Source: Spirochaetales bacterium (GTDB taxonomy: Bacteria > Spirochaetota > Spirochaetia > JAFGDJ01). Taken from it: 64,000 bases of DNA. Below, piece by piece: positions 28,922 to 38,524 of the stretch. The position numbers were made by a program, and so were the translations under genes. Below the pieces are notes generated by a model. That model was given only the letters and a program-made list of their open reading frames with translations, was not told the origin of the DNA and searched no databases. The DNA lies in the NCBI GenBank assembly GCA_016932135.1, contig JAFGDJ010000178.1:3329-67328 (forward strand), read 5' to 3'. The number at the start of each line of letters is the position of its first letter. The first letter of the stretch is position 1.

Positions 28922-29518
28922 TTACATCGGTCCCAGAAGATTCTGCAGCAGAGCCTTATCAAAGGCCATGAAGGCTAAAGCCATCAGTCCGGCCGTGATA
29001 AAAGCAACCGGAACTCCTCGAAAGGGTTTTGGAACCCATTCCGTGTCCAGCTTTTCCCGCAGAGTGGACATCATAAAGATAGCCAGAAGAAACCCCAGAC
29101 CGGCGGAGAATCCGGCTACGAAGCTTTCCAGGGCGTTATAACCGCTTCTTACGGCAATGAGTGCTATTCCCAAGACCGCGCAGTTGGTGGTAATCAGGGG
29201 AAGATATATCCCTAAGGCCTTGTACAGGGGGGGAGAAATCTTCTGAATCACCAGTTCCACCAGCTGAACCAGGCTTGCTATAACCAGGATAAAGGTAATC
29301 GTTTGAAGAAACTCTATATGCAGGGGAACAAGAATGTAATGGTACACAAACCAGGTAACCAGGGAGGCAATGGACATGACGAAGATAACGGCAAATCCCA
29401 TACCCACGGCGGAATCGACATTTCTTGATACCCCGATGAACGGACAGAGCCCGAGGAATTGAGTCAGAATAAAGTTACTGACAAAAACGAAGGTCAGGAT
29501 TATGGCTAGGTAGCTCAT
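28922..29518 (-). CDS. rnfA: Rnf complex subunit A
   Basis: RnfA/NqrE-like 6-TM protein. The start is set at MSYLAIIL with SD AAGGAGAG and an ATGA overlap with rnfE. The track ORF begins at 29551. Confidence 0.85.
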   Translation of the reverse strand: MSYLAIILTFVFVSNFILTQFLGLCPFIGVSRNVDSAVGMGFAVIFVMSIASLVTWFVYHYILVPLHIEFLQTITFILVIASLVQLVELVIQKISPPLYKALGIYLPLITTNCAVLGIALIAVRSGYNALESFVAGFSAGLGFLLAIFMMSTLREKLDTEWVPKPFRGVPVAFITAGLMALAFMAFDKALLQNLLGPM

Positions 29519-30141
29519 GCTTGCTCTCCTTTTTTGCGGGAACCGTACCATTTAAAAAAGCCTAAAAGAAAGCCCATGACTAATAGCGCGCCGGCTGAAA
29601 GGCTGAAAATCCGTACCGGGGCCTGATACAGAATCGGTATCCGAAGGACACCGTCAAAATTCCCGAAAGCGAAAACAGTGATGGTACCGTTGCCCAGGAC
29701 TTCCCGAATAAAAGAGATCAACAGGAGCCCCAGGGTAAATCCGATCCCCATACCCAGAGCATCTAAAACCGAGGAACCCAGGGTATTTTTATTGGCGAAA
29801 GCCTCGGCCCGCCCGAGGATGATGCAGTTAACCACAATAAGCTTAACAAACACCCCAAGGCTCTCGGACAACGAGGGGGCGTAAGCTTGCATGACCAGAT
29901 CCACAATGGTCACGAAAGAGGCGATAATAACGATATAGGCAGGTATCCGCACCTTGTCGGGGATAAAGTTCTTCAAGAGAGAGACAAAGATATTTGATCC
30001 CAAAAGAACGAAGATAACCCCTGCTCCCATGCCCAGGGCATTGATCACCCGGGTAGAAACTGCCAGGGTGGGACACAGACCAAGAAGGAGAACGAAAATA
30101 GGATTTTCTTTGAAAAAGCCCTTGATGAATTCCTTGTTCAT
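29515..30141 (-). CDS. rnfE: Rnf complex subunit E
   Basis: RnfE/NqrD-like membrane protein; ATGA overlap with rnfG. Confidence 0.85.
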   Translation of the reverse strand: MNKEFIKGFFKENPIFVLLLGLCPTLAVSTRVINALGMGAGVIFVLLGSNIFVSLLKNFIPDKVRIPAYIVIIASFVTIVDLVMQAYAPSLSESLGVFVKLIVVNCIILGRAEAFANKNTLGSSVLDALGMGIGFTLGLLLISFIREVLGNGTITVFAFGNFDGVLRIPILYQAPVRIFSLSAGALLVMGFLLGFFKWYGSRKKGEQA

Positions 30142-30692
30142 CGACTCCCTCCTTTCGTTTTTACGTAGGTTGAGCCTTCAGAGAGGGCTCTGCCGATGCC
30201 GGAAAAAGTAACTGTGGCTCCGCTGATCGATTCAGCCGCTTCGGCCGGGAGGTCCTTTTTACTTACCGGGACAGGTTCCTTACCTCCCTTTCCACGGTAT
30301 TTTTCCATGTACTTCTGGTTCTCGGCCTCTTTACCCAGCCCGGGGGTTTCCTCGTTTTCCATCAATACAGCAGCGGTAACCCGTCCTTCCAAATCATAGC
30401 CTGCCAGGATGTTCATGTTCCCGCCGTACCCCGTACCGGTAAGCCTGAGAATATATCCCGATATTATACCTTCCCGGGTCACCGGGTAATAACTCGCCAC
30501 GGCTCCTTGACCGACAGCGACCTCATCCCCGGGCTGCCCTTCCGGGACGACAACCTTCAGAGCCTTTTCCAGGTTCTGTTTATTTATCTCTTCAATTTTA
30601 GGAGCGGTAACGGAGTTGACAAACCCCAGAGCTACGGCGGCGACAGCACAGATAAGAGCCAGTTTCCCGCCGGTAAGGAAGATCGTTTTCAT
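30138..30692 (-). CDS. rnfG: Rnf complex subunit G (FMN-binding)
   Basis: N-terminal TM anchor and an FMN_bind domain with a conserved SGAT motif (SISGATVT). Confidence 0.85.
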   Translation of the reverse strand: MKTIFLTGGKLALICAVAAVALGFVNSVTAPKIEEINKQNLEKALKVVVPEGQPGDEVAVGQGAVASYYPVTREGIISGYILRLTGTGYGGNMNILAGYDLEGRVTAAVLMENEETPGLGKEAENQKYMEKYRGKGGKEPVPVSKKDLPAEAAESISGATVTFSGIGRALSEGSTYVKTKGGSR

Positions 30693-31783
30693 TCCTTCCG
30701 CTCCTTCCCCGCAAACCCGAATCGTTTAGGGCCGGTAACCCGGTTAATCATGGGCACGAGAATATTCATGAAAATAATAGCCAGGGAAACCCCTTCGGGA
30801 AAGGAGCCGTACCGCCGGATGAGAAACGTGAAGAATCCGCATCCCAGTCCGAAGATCATCATGCCTTTTCTCGTCACCGGGCTGGTTACCATATCGGTGG
30901 CCATGTAAAAAGCTCCCAGCATAAGACCGCCGGTAAAAAGGTGAAAAAGCACATCCCCTTGAAAGAACCCTTGACCGCCGGCGGTACCGCCGAAGATCCA
31001 CATCAGCAGGGAGAAGCTGCCCAGGTAAAAAACGGGAATCTCCCAGGTTATGATTTTCCGGATAAAGAGTACTACCGCCCCCAGGATTAAAAAGAGAGCC
31101 GATACTTCCCCGATACAACCGGGAATATTTCCCACAAACTGGTCGACATAACCGTTGGACAGGGAAAATCCGAAGGTGTCATTCAGGAACGCCGTGACCC
31201 GTCCGTCCATGGGACTGAAGGGATAGCCGGCCGATCTCAGATAGCCCGTCACACTGGCGGCTTCCCCGGAAAGTTCGGAAAAACCGGTTTTAACAAATCC
31301 CAGGGGTGAAGCTCCGGAGATCGTATCAACGGTTTGCATGGTGGAGGGGAAGCGCCAGGATGTCATTCCACCGGTCCAGGAAAAGAAAACGAACACCCGG
31401 CCTCCCAGGGCAGGATTCATCCAGTTGCATCCCAGGCCGCCGAAACACCATTTCACCACGAGAATCCCGAAAAGGGAGGCAACCACGGGGATGTAGAGCG
31501 GAACATCCGGCGGCATGTTATAAGCCACCAGAAGTCCGGTTACAAAGGCGCTTCCGTCCGTCAGGGTTCTTCGTCCGGTCAATCTGCCGGCCAGGAATTC
31601 CCCCGCCAAAGCGGCGACCAGAGCCACGAGGATCACCAGCAGTGCCCGCAAACCGAACACATAGATGCCCCAGATTCCTGCCGGCGCGAGACAGGCCGAT
31701 ACCGTCCACATTATCCGCGCTGTGGTATCGCCCTGATGAATATGGGGGGAGGTTGTTACAAGTAAGGTATCGGTAGTATCCAT
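30689..31783 (-). CDS. rnfD: Rnf complex subunit D
   Basis: RnfD/NqrB-like polytopic membrane protein. Confidence 0.85.
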   Translation of the reverse strand: MDTTDTLLVTTSPHIHQGDTTARIMWTVSACLAPAGIWGIYVFGLRALLVILVALVAALAGEFLAGRLTGRRTLTDGSAFVTGLLVAYNMPPDVPLYIPVVASLFGILVVKWCFGGLGCNWMNPALGGRVFVFFSWTGGMTSWRFPSTMQTVDTISGASPLGFVKTGFSELSGEAASVTGYLRSAGYPFSPMDGRVTAFLNDTFGFSLSNGYVDQFVGNIPGCIGEVSALFLILGAVVLFIRKIITWEIPVFYLGSFSLLMWIFGGTAGGQGFFQGDVLFHLFTGGLMLGAFYMATDMVTSPVTRKGMMIFGLGCGFFTFLIRRYGSFPEGVSLAIIFMNILVPMINRVTGPKRFGFAGKERKE

Positions 31784-33111
31784 CAGTTTGCCTTTTTCTT
31801 CCGTATCATGAGTTTACCCAGTTTCATACCCTGCACCAGAGGAATCCTGGCGGGACAGGAGTAAGCACAGCTTCCGCACTCCTTGCAATCCATCAAACCT
31901 TCCGCCGCCGCGGCCTCGTAATCCAGGTGATCGATCCATTTATATAATCTGGTGGGATGTAACCCCATCGGGCAGACTTGCACGCACCGGCCGCACTGGA
32001 GACAGGCGGTGGTGTTTTTCCTGTCTACCTCCTCCTCGGTCAGCACCAGGATTCCTCCGGTTCCCTTGGTCACCGGTGTGTTCAGATCGCTTAAAGAGAA
32101 ACCCATCATGGGTCCACCGGACACGATCTTTACCGGTTTCTTCACGAACCCGCCGCACTGTTCTATGAGTTCAGCCACGGAAGTGCCGATTTTCACCTTC
32201 AGGTTAGCAGGTTTCTGAATACCCTGCCCTGTAACCGTCACAAGGCGCTCCGTCAGGGGTTTTCCCAAGACGACGGCTTCATAAACTCCATAGAGGGTAG
32301 CGACATTAGACACCACCGCTCCTACGGCAATGGGCAGACCTCCCGAAGGGACTTCCCTCCCGGTAACCGCCTTGATCAGCTGTTTTTCATCCCCCTGGGG
32401 GTACTTCAGTTTTAAAGGGACCACTTCGACGGGGAAATCCAGGGCTTCCACGGCATCCCGCATAACGCGGAGGGCTTCCGGCTTGTTATTCTCGATCCCG
32501 ATAACGATATGTTCCGGCTGCAGCAGCGACCGAACAACGTCAATTCCCTGAAGAATACCCGGGGTTTCCTCCAGCATAAGGCGATAATCGGCGGTAAGGT
32601 AGGGCTCGCATTCCACACCGTTGACGATAAAATAATCTACCTTCGACCCCTTGGGTACGGTGAACTTTACATGGGCGGGAAAGGTAGCTCCCCCGAGCCC
32701 AACGACCCCCATGGAGGCTATCCGCTCCAGCAGGGCTTGCTTATCCAGATTTTTCCAATCCTCCGAAGGGGTGTAAACAGGAGGTTCTTCCTGGGACTCC
32801 AGAGCCTCCAGAATCAAGGCCTGGGTTTTTTGTCCATTGGGGAGTTGCAGGGTTACAATCTCCTTTACCGTTCCATTTACCGGTGAGTGTACCGGAGCGG
32901 ATATAAACCCTGAAGAACTGCCCAGCACCATACCTTCGGTAACCTGGTCTCCGGAAGATACGGTACAATCAGCGGGTTTTCCCAGATGTTGAGCCATGGG
33001 GATGACATACACGGAGGGAGGATCTGCCCGACGTATCGCCTGGTCGGCGGCAAGCGCCTTATGATCCGCCGGATGGACCCCACCTTTCGGAAAAGTTTTA
33101 AGTTGTTTCAT
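31783..33111 (-). CDS. rnfC: Rnf complex subunit C (NADH-binding, 2x[4Fe-4S])
   Basis: Starts MKQLKTFPKGGVHP and has ferredoxin motifs CLQCGRCVQVCP and CKECGSCAYSCP. Alternative starts are at 33144 and at TTG 33192. Confidence 0.85.
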   Translation of the reverse strand: MKQLKTFPKGGVHPADHKALAADQAIRRADPPSVYVIPMAQHLGKPADCTVSSGDQVTEGMVLGSSSGFISAPVHSPVNGTVKEIVTLQLPNGQKTQALILEALESQEEPPVYTPSEDWKNLDKQALLERIASMGVVGLGGATFPAHVKFTVPKGSKVDYFIVNGVECEPYLTADYRLMLEETPGILQGIDVVRSLLQPEHIVIGIENNKPEALRVMRDAVEALDFPVEVVPLKLKYPQGDEKQLIKAVTGREVPSGGLPIAVGAVVSNVATLYGVYEAVVLGKPLTERLVTVTGQGIQKPANLKVKIGTSVAELIEQCGGFVKKPVKIVSGGPMMGFSLSDLNTPVTKGTGGILVLTEEEVDRKNTTACLQCGRCVQVCPMGLHPTRLYKWIDHLDYEAAAAEGLMDCKECGSCAYSCPARIPLVQGMKLGKLMIRKKKAN

Positions 33112-33148
33112 GGTGGCTGATGAAATCTCCTTACCAGAATACATTACT

Positions 33149-34651
33149 TCAGTTATCTTCCGGTTCCCATGAAAGGATACCGGTACCGGCAAAGGGAGAA
33201 AAAGCGATCACACCGATAAGCAACTGCTCCCGGACGGTTTGTGGAACGAGAGAGAGCTTTTTTATTTCTCGGATGGTGACACCTGACGGATGCTCCTGTT
33301 TGAGGAGCACTCTGGTAATCCCGTTCTCCGAAGCCTGGAACATTATATCTTCATACCAATGCTCTGTAAACTGTTTGACACATTCAGCGGTGGAAAAAAT
33401 AGAGTCTCCATCCCTGATATATCGTGTCAGCGTCACTTCCTCCCCCGGCTCGGGAAAGGTGTATTGCCGGTTATACATGAACCCCTCCTGATACGCCAGA
33501 TGGGTCAGATAATCGGTTAAATCCGGCAGGGTGCCCCTGTTATCCTGTTTCTCTAAAACCAGCAGGGATTGCCAGGAGAAATCCTCTACCCCGGGACAGC
33601 TGACCGGTTCGGGAACCGGGAACCCTTCTCTTCCGTCCGGGATCCGTGGAATGACCAGGGAAAGGGCTAACAGGGCGGCAATAATCACAATTTTTCCGCC
33701 GGCTCCCTTTTCGTAGTTTCTCTCCGGTCCTTCAAAAATGAGCAGGGGAACAAAGAGGCGGTGTTCCATGGCTCCGTATTTTATCATCAGAAAGGTTCCG
33801 TAGGATAATCCCAGGGAAAGGAAAGCCAGGGACAGGATGCCCACCGTGCTCCAGGCGTATACCCTGCCTCCGTCACCGGTGGAAAGAACAAGAGACACAA
33901 TTATCGACAACAGGAGCATACAGCCGATCAACAACCAGAAACCGGGGCGAAAGGGTTCTCCCGCGATTTGTTGCACCACCACCGGCTTACTGTATTCCAT
34001 GGCGGTAATGAAAGCGCAGTAGAGCAGGATCGGCGAGAAACCACCCTGGCCGGTTCCCAGGAAGATCAACAACGCGCCGGGCAGAGCCATGACGAAGGGA
34101 AGCGGTTTAGGCAGTTTTGTCCGGAAAAAAAAGAAGACTACCATCAAACCATAGAGACAAAGCATGAGAATCGTACCTCGGCGGCTGTAATCGGCGATAA
34201 TCCAGGCATCTTTTTCAGAGCCCAGAGCTTGTTTCACTTTTCGGGAAAAAATCCAGGGAGAATCGTTGCTTTCAATATACATAATTTCCCGGGTCTCTCC
34301 CTCGGCAGCGGAGGTAAAATAGGAACCCACGTTCTTAGCGTAATCCTTCACCCTCGGATCGATAGGAAGAAAACGAAGATCAAGGTCTTTTAGCGGCACG
34401 TCTATCATCCCGGTGTAGTCGGAAAAAGGAAGGGATGTATTCTCCCGGGAGACACAGGAGAATCCGGCTTCCGAAAGAGCCCCTTCCACGTTCCCGGGTG
34501 ACCGAGGTGAAAGAAGAAGCATATAATACCCCTTCCAGACCTGGCTGCTTTGATGAAGGGGGTCCAGAAAAGGAATCAGGAAGAGAAAGAGGAGAAAGAA
34601 AAGAATCCCTGTAAGGCCCAGGGCAATGACTTTTTTACGCTGAACTTCCAT
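33149..34651 (-). CDS. polytopic membrane protein of unknown function
   Basis: Multiple TM segments and a large extracytoplasmic C-terminal domain. Start set at MEVQRKKV with SD-like AGGAACAGGGA. No recognisable family by eye. Confidence 0.45.
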   Translation of the reverse strand: MEVQRKKVIALGLTGILFFLLFLFLIPFLDPLHQSSQVWKGYYMLLLSPRSPGNVEGALSEAGFSCVSRENTSLPFSDYTGMIDVPLKDLDLRFLPIDPRVKDYAKNVGSYFTSAAEGETREIMYIESNDSPWIFSRKVKQALGSEKDAWIIADYSRRGTILMLCLYGLMVVFFFFRTKLPKPLPFVMALPGALLIFLGTGQGGFSPILLYCAFITAMEYSKPVVVQQIAGEPFRPGFWLLIGCMLLLSIIVSLVLSTGDGGRVYAWSTVGILSLAFLSLGLSYGTFLMIKYGAMEHRLFVPLLIFEGPERNYEKGAGGKIVIIAALLALSLVIPRIPDGREGFPVPEPVSCPGVEDFSWQSLLVLEKQDNRGTLPDLTDYLTHLAYQEGFMYNRQYTFPEPGEEVTLTRYIRDGDSIFSTAECVKQFTEHWYEDIMFQASENGITRVLLKQEHPSGVTIREIKKLSLVPQTVREQLLIGVIAFSPFAGTGILSWEPEDN

Positions 34652-34664
34652 ATATCCCTGTTCC

Positions 34665-35144
34665 TTAAAGATTACAGAAGGCCACGGCAATGAAGAAGCC
34701 TAAAATAACACCTATGAAGACCTCAGGCACCGTATGTCCGCTGATTTCCTTCACCATCTTAAAGGATATTTTCAATTTAGACTGCAACTCCTTCCCCATG
34801 GTATTCAACGCCTTGGCCTGGGAACCGGCGGCCCGGCGCACCCCCAGGGAATCCCGGATGACAATCAGGGCGAACACCACGGTCACCACAAAGAGATTGG
34901 AACTGAACCCCTCGATAAAGCCCACAGCCGTAGCCACGGAAGTAACGGCGGCGGTGTGACTGCTAGGCATACCGCCGGTCTTCCAAAAAAAACGGTACAG
35001 TATATCCCGGGCGGAGGCGGTTCTATAACGCAGGATGTTTATGATAACCTTTAGAAACTGGGCAATAAACCAGCTAAAAATAGCGGAAAGGAAGATCGGA
35101 TTATCAAGGATGATCTTTACATTTCCGGGTTCAGAAACAACCAT
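34665..35144 (-). CDS. divergent PAP2-family membrane protein (DUF212)
   Basis: Motif GGMPSSHTA and four TM segments; 159 aa. Confidence 0.7.
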   Translation of the reverse strand: MVVSEPGNVKIILDNPIFLSAIFSWFIAQFLKVIINILRYRTASARDILYRFFWKTGGMPSSHTAAVTSVATAVGFIEGFSSNLFVVTVVFALIVIRDSLGVRRAAGSQAKALNTMGKELQSKLKISFKMVKEISGHTVPEVFIGVILGFFIAVAFCNL

Positions 35145-35251
35145 GGCAATTGTAGTTTCCGGGTAGATTCGCCCCGTGTCAAGAGGAAGATACTCGACAA
35201 TTCACCCGGAAAAGGGAAAGATACCCTTCTCGTTAAAAAGAAAGGAATTGT

Positions 35252-36166
35252 ATGGAAGAAATGAAGGTGTTCATTGCGGGGAAGGATGATGATGACCGGC
35301 GTTTAGACAGGGTGTTGCGTAAACTCCTCCCCGGAATTCCCTTAAGCGCCGTGTATACCGCCATGAGAAGAAAACGGGTTCTTCTGAACAACCGAACGGC
35401 CGAAGGAAACCTTCGGGTCCATCAAGGGGACCGGATATCTCTATCTCCTTCTCTCCTGGACGGCCTTGCGCCCCCAGACCTCTCCCCGGTTTCCCGAAAG
35501 ATATCCTTAACGATTCTCCTGGAAACCCCCTCCATCCTGGCCGTCAGCAAGCCTGCAGGCATTGCAGTTCACGGTTCCGCATCCCTCACCGATGTCGTTG
35601 CCTCTTACCTGCAAGGCAAAGGAACCGACTCTCTTTCCTTCCGGCCGGGACCTCTTCATCGGTTGGACAAGGATACCACGGGGCTGATCTTTTTCGGAAA
35701 AACCCTGGAGGGATCACGTCGTTTTTCATCCCTTCTTCAGAGTCGCAGGACGAAAAAGTATTACCTGGCTCTTCTGGATGGGATCCTTACCCGTCAATGC
35801 GCCTGGCGCGGACCGGTGGAAGGCCGGGATGCCCTTTCTCTGGTCTACCCCCTGGCAACATCGGACCGCTACAGCCTGGCTTGTATCCGCCTTGTCACCG
35901 GCAGAAAACACCAGATTCGTCTTCAGGCTGCCGAAGAAGGCTACCCCCTGACGGGTGACCGGAAGTACGGCGGAGGAAATCCGCCGGGATATATCCTTCA
36001 CTCTTATGCCCTCCTCCTGCCCGAAGAAGACCGGATCCTGGGATTTAAAGACTGTTACGCCCCTTTGCCTCAGGAAAAGGAGCAGCATCTGAAAAGCCTT
36101 TTCGGTGCAACTGCCTTTCGACAGTCCCTGCAGATCCTGGGAGAACTTCGGAACAATCTCTTTTGA
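35252..36166 (+). CDS. RluA-family pseudouridine synthase (S4 domain + catalytic domain)
   Basis: S4-like N-terminus and catalytic motif HRLDKDTTGLIFF. Confidence 0.8.
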   Translation: MEEMKVFIAGKDDDDRRLDRVLRKLLPGIPLSAVYTAMRRKRVLLNNRTAEGNLRVHQGDRISLSPSLLDGLAPPDLSPVSRKISLTILLETPSILAVSKPAGIAVHGSASLTDVVASYLQGKGTDSLSFRPGPLHRLDKDTTGLIFFGKTLEGSRRFSSLLQSRRTKKYYLALLDGILTRQCAWRGPVEGRDALSLVYPLATSDRYSLACIRLVTGRKHQIRLQAAEEGYPLTGDRKYGGGNPPGYILHSYALLLPEEDRILGFKDCYAPLPQEKEQHLKSLFGATAFRQSLQILGELRNNLF

Positions 36167-36224
36167 TGAAGGCAAACAGTTCAAGGCGGATGATTTTTTT
36201 CCCTGAATCCTTTATAGTAAAACC

Positions 36225-37088
36225 ATGAAACACCTGGTACGGAATTTCATCTGGCTTCTCAAGGGGATCAAGGTGTACGCCCTGGTGGGTAAAAGCGGAA
36301 CCGGGAAAAGCTTCAGAGCGAAACTGGTGGCAAAAAAATACGGAATCGAACTCATCATCGATGACGGGTTGCTCATCAGAAATGATCAGATTTTAGCCGG
36401 CCGGTCGGCAAAAAAAGAGAAGGTGTTTCTTTCCGCCATAAAGACGGCTCTCTTTGAGGAAACGAAGCACCGCAGGGAAGTCTCCCATCAGTTAAAACAT
36501 GAGAAATTCAAACGAATTCTCATCATCGCCACATCGGAACGAATGGCCAGAAAAATCGCGGTCCGATTGGACCTTCCCCAGATAACCAAGGTTATAAAGA
36601 TAGAGGATGTGGCGAGCAAACAGGATATTGAGACGGCCATGCTGGTGCGAAAAAATGAAGGAAAACATGTTATCCCGGTTCCCGCCATCGAGGTGAGCCG
36701 GGATTATCCGCAGATTCTTTACGATTCCATTAAGGTGTTCCTGAAGAAACGCTTTTCCCTTCTTCGGGGAGAAAAATATTTCGAGAAATCGGTGGTGAGG
36801 CCCGAGTTCGGCAATAAAGGCCGGGTTATCATTTCCGAAGCTGCCCTTACGCAGATGATCCTCCACTGTGCCGATGAATACGACCCCTCCATGACGGTGA
36901 AAAAAGTATCCGTAAAGAACGATACCAAGGGATATCGGATACAGATACGCATACAAGTCCCCTTCGGCATGCATTTAGGCGGAACAATGCACCAGTTTCA
37001 GGAGTATGTGGTCGATAATCTAGAACGATACGGCGGAATAGAATTGGAGGAAGTCAATATCGTTATAGACGATATGAGACAACGATAA
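36225..37088 (+). CDS. fusion of an HPr-kinase-C-terminal-like P-loop domain with an Asp23/Gls24 (DUF322) domain
   Basis: The N-terminus VYALVGKSGTGKSFRAKLVAKKYGIELIIDDGLLI parallels the HprK P-loop core [34 protein letters not shown]. The C-terminus (ISEAALTQMILHCADEYD...RIQIRIQVPFGMHLGGTMHQFQEYVVDNLERYGGIELEEVNIVIDDM) matches the Asp23-family pattern. Confidence 0.55.
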   Translation: MKHLVRNFIWLLKGIKVYALVGKSGTGKSFRAKLVAKKYGIELIIDDGLLIRNDQILAGRSAKKEKVFLSAIKTALFEETKHRREVSHQLKHEKFKRILIIATSERMARKIAVRLDLPQITKVIKIEDVASKQDIETAMLVRKNEGKHVIPVPAIEVSRDYPQILYDSIKVFLKKRFSLLRGEKYFEKSVVRPEFGNKGRVIISEAALTQMILHCADEYDPSMTVKKVSVKNDTKGYRIQIRIQVPFGMHLGGTMHQFQEYVVDNLERYGGIELEEVNIVIDDMRQR

Positions 37089-37144
37089 AAAACGATTTGA
37101 CATTCCCCCCAGTTCCCCGTAAGATTTGATTGAGGAGAATAGCC

Positions 37145-38515
37145 ATGAAAAAGGTAATCGCGATCCTGTTCGTCCTGTCTGTCGCTTTTGGAGCAATGGC
37201 TCAGGATCCGGCATTAAACACCGTAACAACATCCAAGTACCAGGTATATTCGGGGATAAGTCTCTCCCATGCCCAGGAAACGGCGGAGACCCTGGAGGCT
37301 TATTTCGATACCTTCAATTCGTACTTCCACTTTAATGTTCAAACACTGCCGACAAATCTAAAAGTCAGGATATTCCAGGATAAAAAAAGCTTTGACGAAT
37401 ATCTTAAACAATTCGTACCGGAGGCAAAGAGTTCTTTTGTGTTTCTCCAGTACTCCGATCCTGAGAAAAGTGAGCTGGTGGGATACTGGACGGAAGATGA
37501 TGTATTCGATCGCTATCTTGCCCATCATAGTTTCCTTCAATTCATTAAAACCTTTATCCCCAACCCTCCCCTATGGATACAGAAGGGCTTCGCGGTGTAT
37601 TTTGAAACCCTTTCCTACAACCCGGAGACCCAGGAAGCCCAGTTGGATGAAAACCTGGGCTGGGTAGACACCTTGAAAAATTCTATTAGTGGAGGCTCTG
37701 AAACAGGACTGATTCCTTTCTCTACCCTGCTGACGCTGGATGTGGAATCCGCCAATGCCAACCTGAACCGGTTCTACAGCCAATCCTGGGGCCTGGTTTC
37801 CTTTCTGCTCAACTCATCGGCCAAACCTTACAACCGTATTCTCTGGGATGCCATCTCGGCTCTGAATCCCGATAACACCAGAAAAGAAAATGAAGCCGCG
37901 GTAATCAAGGAAGCCTTCGAATGGGTGCAGAAAAAAGAATTCGAGACTGCTTTTAAAAACTACATTCAATCCTTACGGACCTTCCCGGACATCGTGGAAG
38001 ACGGTATGAGCCTTTACGCTTCAGGACAATACGAGCGGGCCGAACTGGATTTCATCGAGGCCATTTCGCTTCGAACCGATCACCCGGTGCCCTATTACTA
38101 CATGGGACTGATTAAATACGCCAAGCAGGATTACGTTTCCGCGGAATACTACTATGAAATGTCCCTGCAGCGCGGCAGTGAACCGGGGATAACCTATTAC
38201 GCCCTGGGGGTAAACGCCTTTGCCGACGGACGAATCGATGACGCATTGGATTACCTCAATACATCCCGGGAATCCGATCCCTTAGGATACGGAGAACGAG
38301 CCGTCCAGTTGCTTTTAAGAATTGAAAGCGAGCATCCGGAAAAAGAGATCTCTTTACCCGCCAATGTCCAGGCTTCGGCGGTTAATGAAATCCTGTCGGA
38401 AGAACCGGCAGAAGAAGTGCCCGCCGAAGAAGAGGCGGCGGTTGTCACTCCGGAGGAAGATTCCGCGACGGAGGAAGCCGCACCGCAGAAAGCTGAAACG
38501 ACAAAAACGAAATAG
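37145..38515 (+). CDS. secreted TPR-repeat protein with a DUF1570/peptidase-MA-like N-terminal domain lacking HExxH
   Basis: SD GAGGAG upstream of ATG 37145, a signal peptide, an AHHSF segment where HExxH would sit, TPR-like repeats, and an acidic E/A-rich tail. The track ORF begins at TTG 37130. Confidence 0.45.
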   Translation: MKKVIAILFVLSVAFGAMAQDPALNTVTTSKYQVYSGISLSHAQETAETLEAYFDTFNSYFHFNVQTLPTNLKVRIFQDKKSFDEYLKQFVPEAKSSFVFLQYSDPEKSELVGYWTEDDVFDRYLAHHSFLQFIKTFIPNPPLWIQKGFAVYFETLSYNPETQEAQLDENLGWVDTLKNSISGGSETGLIPFSTLLTLDVESANANLNRFYSQSWGLVSFLLNSSAKPYNRILWDAISALNPDNTRKENEAAVIKEAFEWVQKKEFETAFKNYIQSLRTFPDIVEDGMSLYASGQYERAELDFIEAISLRTDHPVPYYYMGLIKYAKQDYVSAEYYYEMSLQRGSEPGITYYALGVNAFADGRIDDALDYLNTSRESDPLGYGERAVQLLLRIESEHPEKEISLPANVQASAVNEILSEEPAEEVPAEEEAAVVTPEEDSATEEAAPQKAETTKTK

Positions 38516-38524
38516 TACTTTTTC

